Position numbers and translations under genes: made by a program. From the NCBI RefSeq assembly GCF_964355755.1, contig NC_092673.1, positions 5,952,001 through 6,016,000 on the forward strand: a stretch of 64,000 nucleotides of DNA. Direction: 5' to 3'. This DNA is from Antedon mediterranea (taxonomy: Eukaryota > Animalia > Echinodermata). Below the pieces are notes generated by a model. The model searched no databases. It was not told the DNA's origin and saw nothing but the letters and a program-made list of their open reading frames with translations. Below are positions 28,201 through 37,768 of this stretch, in pieces (within the stretch, counting starts at the first letter, position 1; each line of letters starts with the position of its first letter).

Positions 28201-31200
28201 GAATAGCAATCATTAAAGATCTTGAAATAATTTAATTTGGATTTCAAACAATAAATTTTTAATGTTTTTTTGTTGATCCAATTTGAGACGGAGCGATAAA
28301 CAGCATCCTCTACAAGGTGACGATCCGTTTTAACATCAACAGTCTAATTTAAAAAGCAAACCGAGCACACTATGGTACTGTACAGTGCATCTGTATTTTC
28401 TAAAATAAAAAAAAAACTGTTACTGAAATATTACTGTACTGTATCTACAGTATTTATCATGAACATACATGTACAGTTGAAAGAAGTATTTCAATTCTGT
28501 TTTAATTTGAACAATTTGGCTAGTTAGTAGGTTGAATAATTCGCATAAAAATATAGGGAACAATTATCCTTTAAATACCGAAATAAGTATACAGTACATT
28601 GTACACCAACATAACAATCAATTGTCTGGTTTTCTCGAAAGTTTACTTTTAAGAAAAGTGACAGTCATACCATCTTTCTATTTTTAAGTTACATCTTTAA
28701 GTTCATTTTATATCTAATTACAACAAGCAATGACATTATATTACCTACTGCACTAAGCACTGAAATTGCTAAAGTATCTAACATATCTGATGTTGTAAGT
28801 TTTTCTTTATAAAGTAATATGACACATTCCCCTTGGGTAAAAGTCCATGTTAATTTAGTTACTGGGATGGTGACTGTAACCTCATCTTGTTGATATAAGA
28901 ACTGGATCTAGAAACACTACTTTGTCATATCCTGCTTTAACATCTAGCTTAATGGGCAACTCCGGGTTTAAAATTCTAAGCTAATTAAAATGAATTTGAA
29001 CGAACCATATTGATAGACGTATTTTTTTTAAGCAAGGTTCGAGAATTTGAGAAGTCTTTGTGAACACTCATACAGTACCTAAATTCTCTTTTTAAAATCC
29101 TTCTTATCTTTTTCATTTCATATTTGTTATTTAAAATTATAAAATTATTTCTATTAACACTTTGACTGCCAGAGGTTTTTCCAGTTAGAAACTGCCACCG
29201 CCAGCGTTTATAGCCCAATTCGATGTTTTTATTAAAGCTTATTGAAACTATGTATGTGATCTGATTTACATGTAATTTAGACTAAAGTAATCATAAATAT
29301 TTTAGCTTTACAATGGTACCAAGAACGATTTTCAAATCGCAATATGTAAATCGTAATAATAAAATGAAAGTAACGCACTTTTTGAGTTTTTCGTAGTTTC
29401 GCGCAAGAAAGTCGCGATATTCGCGATTTGTGCAAGACATCACAATTATGAAAATCGCTTTTCATATCGCCCGGTGAGATCAACAAACAACGAAAAAGTT
29501 ACTTACATGGCACCAGTAGGCCTATAAAAACAAGTTATCACTATCGAAAAATTTATTATATTTTATAAATCATAAATCTGACATCAATGTTTCGCCAAAA
29601 TCCACATAGTAAAGACACCAGGCCTAGGTAACTAGGCCTAAAGTTGGTCCGGAACCGTTTTACGACTAGGCCTAGGCTATAGCCTAGACTAGTACTACTA
29701 GGCTAGCCTAGCTAGTAAACTGATGATAATATTCATACCATTTCTAAACAAGTTTGTTGCGTGAAACTCGGCCACTTACAGTGAAACACCAAAACAATTA
29801 GGGTATACATACAATAATAAAATTAAAGACTTCATATTGAAAATTCATCCATTATTTTTTATTCAGATAACAAACAAACATGCCAATCCACATAAACCTT
29901 TGTAATGCTTCGGCGGCATAGCTAGCGCGCGACCGATACACAATGCGCCAAACCATCGCTGTACGCACTACTGTGATGCGCGGTGTATGTTATTTCGACA
30001 GGTACCATTTTGACAATCGTTCGTAACCAGATTAGTTACTTTCAAAAAGTAAAATATTCACGGTCCAGACCGAATATAGTGTCCATATTTATAGTATATA
30101 CCAATAATTAACCTATCTACCGGATTTCGTAAAAAAAACGCGAAAAACGAAGATCTTCGTGTTTGGCAGTCAAGCGTTGTGTTTCCAAAAACGAAGATCT
30201 TCGTGTTTGGCAGTCAAAGTGTTAAGGAAAGTTTTCATAGTAATTTAGTTTGACAAATTCTTAATGGCAATTTGTTTAATAATATTCTATTCTATTTCTT
30301 TGGTATTTTTCTGTAATTAATTGTTTTTCTTTTCACTTTCATTGAATAAATCAAATCAAACAATCATTGTAAAATAATTCTTAATGAATTGTTAAAAGAA
30401 CTCAAAAGAAATGAAGGTTGAATTTTAAATTATTAATAATTATAATTATAGCTTGCCTGCACACAATAAGTCATAGTTTGTCTTCGTAGAGTGACACCTG
30501 TTTAAATTGAAACTTATAATTGAAACAAATTATTTTATCTAAAATCAAATCATACTGTACTTGGCTGTAATTGTTGATCACTAAGCACAAATGGTTTTAT
30601 TTAAAATTTTGTGTCAAAAGACTTGTGACATTGTCACAACTAAGTTTGCAGATATTTCAAAGTTTTAAAACCATGAAAAGTGTTCCAATGATTACAGTAT
30701 ACAGTATAGCACAGTTTCAGGACCAAATTTAAAAGGATGAGTTTGTGCTGGCCCTTATGTTTTTTTTTAAATAAGTAAAAAAAAAAAGATAAAATATGTA
30801 TTTTTAGGAAAACTTGTCATGAGGGAGAATTTGTTCATCATGACCGCAGCCCAATCTTCTTGAATCAACCTTCTAAAGGACAATTTACACAGACGAACAG
30901 CAATGGTAAGCGGTAAACCGTATTTGAACAAAAGTATAGAATCTATGTTATTTCTTGACCATTTACAGAAAATGTGTGGAGCAGATTATATTGTACATGG
31001 AATTTTGTTTTTTAAGTGGCATACACTACATTTAATACTTTTATTTGGCTTTGATGGCATTTGGCTATGCAGTGTTTAGAATTATAAAACCAAGCAATCG
31101 TAAAAATGATTTTAACTTACAGGCAAAATAGAGATTGGCAGCAATACTCTCTATCAGTTCAATAATGCCTGATGAATCTTGAAGTGTGGCTACGCATGAG

Positions 31201-33982
31201 TACACAGCCTCATCTTGGTTTTCGGTTTGTGTAAAATGCAACGAGCCATTTTGATAGACAACTATGCGATTTGAGGGAGAGAGCGGATAGTTGTTTTTCT
31301 TCCATTGTATCAATATACTACCTCTGTTTTGTACATCGTTTGCTTGACAACTGAAGATTACTGGGTCTCCTAATACAATCACGGTTTCCGATGGGTCAAT
31401 TGTGAAACCTGCAAAAAATAAATTTCAAAATAAAAACAAAACTTCACCATAGTTGTTACAATACTGAAGTGGCTCAGCAGGGGTGTATTGTATGGTCACA
31501 AATAAGCTGTGAATGGTGGGATGAAATAGTAGCAAGCATTAAAAAATGCTAACAATAACAATAACATACAATAGTACTGTTCATAGTATGTTAGTATACA
31601 GATGGTTTGAAAAAGAAAATGTCCAAATGTTTTCCAGAAAAAAGCAAACACTTGTTCTCTCTTAATCAGTCACATATACTGTACTGTACATTTAAAGTAT
31701 ACTTATTGCCAGTCCTACTGATGTACTGTACTAAGAAATACTGTACATATTATTGATCTGATTAAAAATAAAAGAAAGAGCAACCACCAAATTGTTTAGG
31801 ACAATGACAATTTTGTATAAATTTCCCTACATTCTATTGGTTTGATGGGTAAACCCCTCTCACAGTATTCTGTACCAGTGCTCAGCAATTACGTTTAATT
31901 TGTCATTTTAGCCCAAGGAGCTACAGTAACTTATTTCTCCATGGGCCTACCAATAGATTTGTCAGTTTTCAAAATTTGAATAAATGTGGATACATTTTAT
32001 AAATAAAATGGAAGAGTTAAATAATAAAATTGTCAATCATAAACCCATTTCAAATTGTTGAATCATATCAGACAGTACTATACAGTACATTATATATGAA
32101 GTGATTGTTAAATAATAGTACTGTATTGACATTGTCTGATAAATCAGCAGATAGCTGACAGATTGAGTTGTTACTGACATAAACATTAGCTTGATAAAGA
32201 GTTGAAGGTTTCCTGCCGTTTGGCTAATATCATTATAATTTAATAGTTTATAAGATCTGGCAGAGGTACTTGAACTGGTTAAATACCAACTATTCATGTA
32301 GAGTACGAGGATCTAGATTTTGCATGGGGAGGGGGAACTTTACTGTAGGTAAAAATGAAATGTATTTTTAAATTATTATTACATTATTATCTGTAGGCCT
32401 AAAGTACAATACCTTCATTTATTTAATAAAAATATTTACTGTACAGTAATAAAAATAAATCATGTTAAAGATTTTTAAAAAGTACAGTAAACATTAAAGA
32501 TAGTATAGTATGTTATCCTGAAAAAATAATTTTTTTTTTTATTGTTGAATTACAATAGGCCATTTCACCATCAAAATACTGTAGACTACAGTACATTAAA
32601 CCAGGGAGTTGTATTTTTACAACTCCCGGATTAAACCACCCCATGGACAGGTTTGCTTCCTTGTTTTTTATTATTGATATATCATGAATAATTCATGTTT
32701 TAGTTTTGAAAGAAAAGAATAAAACGTATCAGATAATAGAATGACAACAGGTGGCAATGCATTGTAATATTTTAATATCAGAAGATAATCATCATATCAT
32801 ATTTCAACAGTAACACATTCATTTATGGCATTTATTAATTAATTATCAGATCAATTAACTTCATTCTCTTGGTACTGGCTAATATCCGGTCAATAAACAA
32901 AGGCCGGAAATACAACTGAATGAGAATGATACTGATACAGTAGCAATATAATATACACAATGTTTTACTTTTTAAATCAGTGTACAGTACAGTACATTCT
33001 AATAATTTAACTCTATTGATTATATATAGAAACCGTGTTTCTAAAATTTATTATTATTCTTTATACTGGGTAGCCTCTTCAGTGAAAGACTGTTCTCCCA
33101 GAGGGGCCCAGATATGATGTGTGTGAGTGTGACAGTGGCTGTTTGTGTGTACTATAGTATACCGGGGTAGTATACCTACTCGTCTCGAAAGATGTACTAG
33201 GTTCTTTAAAGCACACTTAGCTATAGTACAGTAGATTTGTACACTGGACCTACGGTTTATACAGTAGTCGATGGAGTAAGAGCAGTTTACTGTTTGGGCT
33301 CATGTCATATCTTCGGAGAGAGAGGCTATATTGTCGGTTTATCCAGGTAAGCAGGCACGAAATAGACTGTTTTTATGAACTTTTGCGGAATAAATATTAT
33401 TATTATTATTATTATTATTTGAGAAGATTTGTTCTACAGCTACAGTTAAATCACAGTTTTTTAGTTTCTAAAATCTATGTTTAAATTGTATAATCATAGT
33501 AACAATTAACATACTGCAGTTTCTAAAATCCACTGTACTGTATGTTAAAATTGTAGAATCACAGCTACTGTAAGTAGTGTCTCACATTGTATCTGTACTG
33601 AATGTTAAATGTACTGTAGAGTCACATACTGTAGTTATGCACTGTAGCTTGTAACATGTTTAATGTTTCTTAATCTTAATATTCTTTATTGCCATAAACA
33701 TCATTAACACAAAAAAACAACCACAAAGTATTGTTTCATTGCAAAGAAATCACAGATACTATTAAAAAAACAAATTAACTAACAGTGTATTATTACCAAA
33801 GAATAACACTTTGTTTAAGACAAACATTCCTATTTTTATTATTATTGGTATCTTTTAACAGTAATAAAATACATTAAAATAATGAAACGTCATAGCAAAA
33901 TGAAATACTTACTAAATTGTGCCAATGCCAACTGTACAGCGTAACATAGTACAAGAACATATAACATTCCTAATCCTGACAT
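1230..33982 (-). CDS. Single-pass Ig-superfamily cell adhesion/guidance receptor, 8 Ig + 5 FN3 (DCC/neogenin/Robo/L1/Dscam-like), ~1541 aa, 29 coding exons
   Basis: Exons in transcript order: 33913-33982 (MSGLGMLYVLVLCYAVQLALAQF, signal peptide); Ig1 31121-31408; Ig2 26660-26974; Ig3 25783-26064; Ig4 24907-25068 + 23624-23746; Ig5 21670-21823 + 21061-21179; Ig6 20300-20575; Ig7 18269-18535; Ig8 15752-15949 + 14974-15042; FN1 14212-14335 + 13538-13722; FN2 12031-12168 + 11397-11570; FN3 10191-10258 + 9074-9293; FN4 8389-8459 + 7930-8047 + 7227-7340; FN5 6417-6563 + 5392-5565; stalk 4925-5057; TM 4453-4589 (LIIFICCVVLAGIAFAMAAVVLLVWC); tail 3918-4014, 3354-3559, 2181-2245, 1230-1361 (ends ISKQRTTL*). 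All introns are GT-AG, phases are compatible, total 4626 nt. Ig domains show C..W..D-x-G-x-Y-x-C-type motifs; FN3 domains show W..Y..L-x-x-x-x-x-Y motifs. Confidence 0.93.
2432..2540 (+). mobile_element. Degenerate short tRNA-like repeat (same family as 35096 and 38098)
   Basis: Similar to the reverse complement of 38098-38200 (gtggagct..tgcttgcc.tc.aatc.caag.ttcta...ctcccta). Confidence 0.45.
2640..3318 (-). mobile_element. Helentron-associated non-autonomous element (DINE-1/HINE-like)
   Basis: On the minus strand: 5' subterminal repeat TACCTCCGCC with an adjacent partial inverse (AAGGAGGTA), then a GTTT/GTCT microsatellite (3241-3280). The 3' end has the inverted repeat GGCGGAGGTA followed by a stem-loop CACTC-TCG-GAGTG. 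No TSD. Confidence 0.65.
3753..3845. mobile_element. Two 21-bp palindromes, each flanked by its own 7-bp direct repeat (putative transposon footprints)
   Basis: atcaaag-CATAGAGATAATATCTCTATG-atcaaag (3753-3787) and ggttaac-CATAGAGATATTATCTCTATG-ggttaac (3811-3845). Confidence 0.7.
5680..6400. repeat. Intronic minisatellite with a ~16-bp unit (TGTAGTGTGGTACCAT and variants)
   Basis: About 45 degenerate units with 14-bp and 12-bp variants, in the intron between exons 5392-5565 and 6417-6563. Confidence 0.92.
6690..6962. mobile_element. TTAA-flanked AGATG MITE, copy 2
   Basis: TTAA|AGATGTATTAT ... GGGACAATACATCT|TTAA. Confidence 0.65.
7394..7522. mobile_element. ~130-bp palindromic MITE (AGCTCTGTCTACACTATCAAACT family)
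   Basis: Inverted ends actatcaaact / agtttgatagt and a shared core caaatatggtagtgatatg. Related copies at 8232 and 50787. Confidence 0.65.
8232..8377. mobile_element. ~140-bp palindromic MITE, same family
   Basis: agctctgtctacactat ... gatagtgtatacaaagc. Confidence 0.68.
12225..13278. repeat. 81-bp tandem repeat, ~13 nearly identical copies, intronic
   Basis: Unit TTGTAATGTTTACTATCCAATACCAATAGTCACAATAGAACAAGGTAAATATGTCAGGGCTTGTTCTCCCTACAAGTGCCT. It accounts for the 397-aa and 375-aa ORFs. Confidence 0.97.
17728..18117. repeat. Tandem duplication of ~195 bp, intronic
   Basis: gtggttcactttctagaataccattg ... ggtatgctttacct starts at 17728 and again at 17924, with few mismatches. Confidence 0.9.
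22241..22786. mobile_element. TTAA-flanked AGATG MITE (Kolobok-like), copy 3
   Basis: Perfect 14-bp TIR AGATGTATTGTCCC / GGGACAATACATCT with TTAA on both sides. Purine-purine termini plus a TTAA TSD fit Kolobok. Confidence 0.78.
23995..24406. mobile_element. TTAA-flanked non-autonomous DNA transposon (piggyBac-like), internally deleted copy
   Basis: TTAA|CACTTTGACTGCCA ... TGGCAGTCAAAGTG|TTAA. Nearly identical to both ends of 29158-30221. Confidence 0.85.
29158..30221. mobile_element. TTAA-flanked non-autonomous DNA transposon (piggyBac-like), ~1.06-kb copy
   Basis: 14-bp TIR CACTTTGACTGCCA, TTAA TSD, a duplicated subterminal repeat acgaagatcttcgtgtttggcagtcaa, and no transposase ORF. Confidence 0.87.
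32595..32636. mobile_element. 28-bp hairpin flanked by a 7-bp direct repeat (putative footprint)
   Basis: attaaac-CAGGGAGTTGTATTTTTACAACTCCCGG-attaaac. Confidence 0.65.
33058..33261 (-). mobile_element. 5'-truncated SINE (Deu-domain-like body), same family as 41654-41929
   Basis: Shares gtctcgaaagatgtactaggttctttaaag..tgtacactggacctacggtttata and the tail ttatactgggta..ctcttcagt with the 41.7-kb copy. Confidence 0.72.
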
Positions 33983-35095
33983 CTTTCTTCTTTTCAGAAT
34001 TGTTAGTTTATTTCAATTTTGCACTGGAAAAGAAAGTAAAATTAATTGAGCGGGAAAGGTCATTAAAATAATGCAATTTGTTTTCAAACCATGAGTGATT
34101 TTTTATGGGGCTTAATTTTTTTTAAAGATTTTTGTATTAAAATTTGGTTTTAATGTTGAAAAAATGCAAAAGAGATTTGTTTCATTCCCTTTTTTTCGGA
34201 CTTTATGTCTAGAATAAGCCTGTAGCAGTTGTTGCAATAGTTTACAGTACATTTATAACAAAAAACAAAAGCTAATTCCATTTTTTGGAAGTTTTGATTC
34301 AGCATGTTTGTAAGTAATGTAACTCTACATATTGCACAGATATACTGATGACATTTGTCACTGTTCAATACAGCTGACCAAGAGATTTTTTAGAGAAAGA
34401 GATGAGAGGTCGAGAGGGAAGGATAGAGGGTTTAAAGCACCGAGCAAAACAGATTAAGAAACAGAAATATCATGAAAATAAAAGGATTCAAAGGCTATGT
34501 TGTTAACTTCCTCAACACGTCCATGCCTTCATAATCATTCAGGGTACTGTAGCTTTCAACCAAATGAATCTATTACCCTTTCAGAAAGAAATGGCTGCTT
34601 CTCCAAAATGCGGCATTAATACCATTGTACAGTAGCGGCCGAGCAGTTGTGGGCAGGGGCACCAAAAATCTTATCCTTAAAATTGGCACAGACTGTAGGC
34701 CATTGACCTTTGTTTTGACTCTGTAGGCCTATTAAAGAGAATTCAGATGCTTGTCTGTACTACGGTAAATTAGCAAAGCTTACTGGAAACTGTGTCAGGA
34801 AAACAGTCTAAGCTAGAGCACTAGGCTACAGAGAATCTACTAAAACCCACAAGGAAATTACTGATGATATAAAGAAAATGACTCATTATCTTTAAATAAG
34901 GAAGATAACCTCCTAATTAAATGATGACTGAATTCAATCTTAAAATATTAGCTATATTGAACTGGATGTCAAGTTTTTTTTTATTTTTTTAAATTTTTTT
35001 TTTACCATATTTAATGAGGGTGATCCATCCAGCTAATGCTGATCATTAGGGACACAAGATGCTCTACATAAACAAAGTCTTATTACAAGTCTTTG

Positions 35096-35210
35096 GGAGT
35101 GGAGTTGTAATTTGGTCCTTAGAAAAAATCCTGACATGTGACGGGATTTGAACCCAGGACCCTTGGAATGGTAGCCAAGCATCATAACCACCAAGCCACA
35201 ACTCCACTCC
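35096..35210 (-). mobile_element. tRNA-like short repeat with self-complementary ends
   Basis: Minus strand has A-box-like TGGCTTGGTGG and B-box GGTTCAAATCC; ends are GGAGTGGAGTTGT / ACAACTCCACTCC. Confidence 0.55.
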
Positions 35211-35759
35211 TACAGTATTATACAGTAGTACTGTAGAATCTGCTGGACAGTCTACGGATTTAAAAACATGTACAGTATGATGATGACAGGTAGATTTAGG
35301 AAGACCTTGATTGATGAAGTTAGGATCTCAAGAGGAGAGATCATAGGATACAACAACATCAGTAAGAGGATCTTAAAGTAAAGGGTGAATTTCGCATTCT
35401 GATGGCCAACAAGGACTTCTTATTAGAGACCAAATTTAGTTTTTAGTTAATCGCTTTTTAGAGTTATGGTCAATTTCACATAGTATTCTGCAATTTATAA
35501 AATATAAAGTTCCTAAAAATAAAAAACAAACAATTAAGTTTAAGAAAAAGTATGCTAATATTTTGACCTACAGTATGTCAATGCATTTTTCCAGTTAGTG
35601 TGTGCCACATTTTTATACCAAAATATAAAACAGTAAGAAATACATTAATTAAATTCAGAGAAAGATTTATGTGATTACAGTCTGGTGACCGAAGTCCTTC
35701 AGCAAAACTGTTGTGTTGGGATGAGAAGGACAATCAATTTCCTCTGGACTAAACACTGT

Positions 35760-36121
35760 ATTTATTATTATTATTATTATTATTACTTGTATAGCGCACA
35801 TTTATACAACATTTAATTATAATCAGCGGCGCTTCACATCAATTAGTATCGTATCATTGTTTGAAATATAGTGCTTTTAAATGTTTTTTAAACTGATTAT
35901 AGTCGTCTAAGTGTTTAATGTGACTTGGTAATCTGTTCCAAATTTTGGGTCCTGCTACGGCGAACGAACGGTCAGCAAATGTCTTTCGTTTAGTTCGTGG
36001 GATTGTCAGGTTATAATTGCTGGTGCTTGAACGAGTACTGCGAGAAACATTCCGCACAGTAAGAATATCTCTCAGGTAACTTGGAGCGGAACCTTTAAGC
36101 GAACGCCATACAAGACACGCT
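35760..36121 (-). mobile_element. 3' fragment of an L2/CR1-group LINE
   Basis: ORF2 C-terminus (APSYL..RSTRS..IPRTKRKTFADRSFAVAGPKIWNRLP..FKKHLK..F*), a short 3' UTR with the AAGCGC..GCGCTATA motif, and a (TAA)n tail. Confidence 0.88.
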
Positions 36122-36459
36122 ATAAACAAGGTATACAGTACTATCACTCCCTCAATTCTCAATACGTACATACTGTACACATCTTTGAAAAAAAATGCTT
36201 AATAAAATAAAATGAGAAATACAATTTTTTAAAAAGGTGAAATACGGTAAATATAAATTGCATAACATATAAAACTATTTAGTGTAAAAGTAAAAATATT
36301 AAAAACACACGTCACAATACTACAGTATTTATCTATCATTTGTTTTTTTAATCCAATTGCATCAAAAAGTAATTTTTAATCTATTGAAATGAAGATTTCC
36401 TTGACCTAAAACATTCAAATAAAACAAAAAAGTGTTTTAATAAAAATAAAGCTACATAC

Positions 36460-36720
36460 CATGAATTATTAACAGCCTTCCTAGGCTGACTAACTGCAGG
36501 ATCCAGTCAGTTGGCACCAAACGACAACAGGCTCTCAGTAAAATCGCCTCCTCTCCACCAACAAGAAGATCGATAACATGAGTCAGTCAACGGAACATGT
36601 AGGATTCAATACAGGCCTACTTTCTAACAACCGACTGATGTATCAAAAAAGTATGTTGAAAACTGCCGGATTTGCCTGTGTTTTACTTTAAACTTAACGT
36701 AATTCGGTACCACATTCCGT
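36460..36720 (-). other. Probable non-coding first exon (5' UTR) of the Ig/FN3 receptor gene
   Basis: The ATG exon has an acceptor at 34023/34024, so an upstream exon must exist. A good donor (ATG|gtatgt) lies at 36460/36459, next to the CpG-richer region at 36.5-36.9 kb. The upstream boundary is approximate. Confidence 0.5.
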
Positions 36721-36960
36721 TCTTGTATAAATCATCGAAATAATCTGACTTTATCAATTATATTAAATCATTCATGAACAAAAACGTAACCGGTGTTATT
36801 TGTTGTCACAAATATTTAAAATACAATTTGTAAACACAGTGTGTGAACGCGTCAATAGTCTCGAGATTCCAGACGTTATGTAACTTGTTGCTCGCGGTTT
36901 CAAATTTAGTCGTGCGGAACGCACACACGAAGAAAACAACAATGTAATGAATTATTGCTT
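36700..36960. promoter_or_regulatory. Probable bidirectional promoter region between the Ig/FN3 receptor and ACBD6
   Basis: The two genes are divergent, both have acceptors upstream of their ATG (34024 on -, 37759 on +), and CpGs are locally enriched (e.g. gaacgcgtc, gctcgcggtt, cgtgcggaacgc). Confidence 0.45.
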
Positions 36961-37049
36961 TTCCGTTCTTTTATACATTTTCAACATTCTAAATATATTG
37001 TTATTTACAGTAAATGTATCAATATAGTTATGGGTGTTGCTCTGTATAA

Positions 37050-37430
37050 TGTAGGCCTAGCCTAGATAGCTTTCCAATAAACTAGCCTAGGCTAGGCCCA
37101 GCAGGGTAGGCCTACTAGGCCTAGCTAGGCCTAGTTAGGCTAGCCTAGCTAGTAGTAGGCCTAGCTAGCCTAGGCCTAGCTTATTATTATTAGCCTGAGG
37201 CCTAGCCTAGTACTAGCCTAGAGGCCTACTCCTAGCCTCTAGGAAAACTAGCCTACCTAGGCCTAACTACTAGGCGTAGTAGACTCTAGTTAGGCCTAGA
37301 GGCTAACTACTGCTGCACATATGTTTTACACACACAGGGGAGAAACACCTACTACTGAGTCTGAGAGTGTTTCTTTTTGTTGCTTTAGACTAGAGTGGGT
37401 TTAGGGCTAGGCCTAGCCTAGGCCTACTGT
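37050..37430. repeat. Low-complexity TAGGCCTA/CTAG palindromic-motif cluster
   Basis: Dense irregular array of taggccta, gctagc and ctag, upstream of the ACBD6 ATG exon (probably intron 1). Confidence 0.8.
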
Positions 37431-37768
37431 AGATACATGCCAATTTAACTTTTATTTAGAAAATTGTCTAACAAAATAAAACTGGCAGCTTGTCTTAAGC
37501 ATGCATGTGCAACATACATTTCAGCAGAGAGCCCACATAGAGAGAGCCTTTCAACTTTTTGGAAGAAAATTAGATTCAAATCTGCATTGTGAAAATAAAA
37601 ATCATTGCATTTCTTTTAAAACTTAGGCCTAGTTAAGGTAGATTTGCACAGCACATTTCGGCTGCCAGTTATGGTTATGCCCAAATTCATGAAACGCCAC
37701 AAAGGACAAAAATGATCAGACACCGATTTGTATAATAATTTAATCTTAATATTTTTTAGTGAGTGGTC

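Noticed and set aside
1230-33982. Dscam-style mutually exclusive exon arrays
   Set aside because: No duplicated alternative Ig exons were seen in the introns; each domain has one exon set.
35854-36180. 108-aa ORF as a host gene or receptor exon
   Set aside because: It is the C-terminus of an L2/CR1 ORF2 with its 3' tail; the N-terminal part is flanking sequence.
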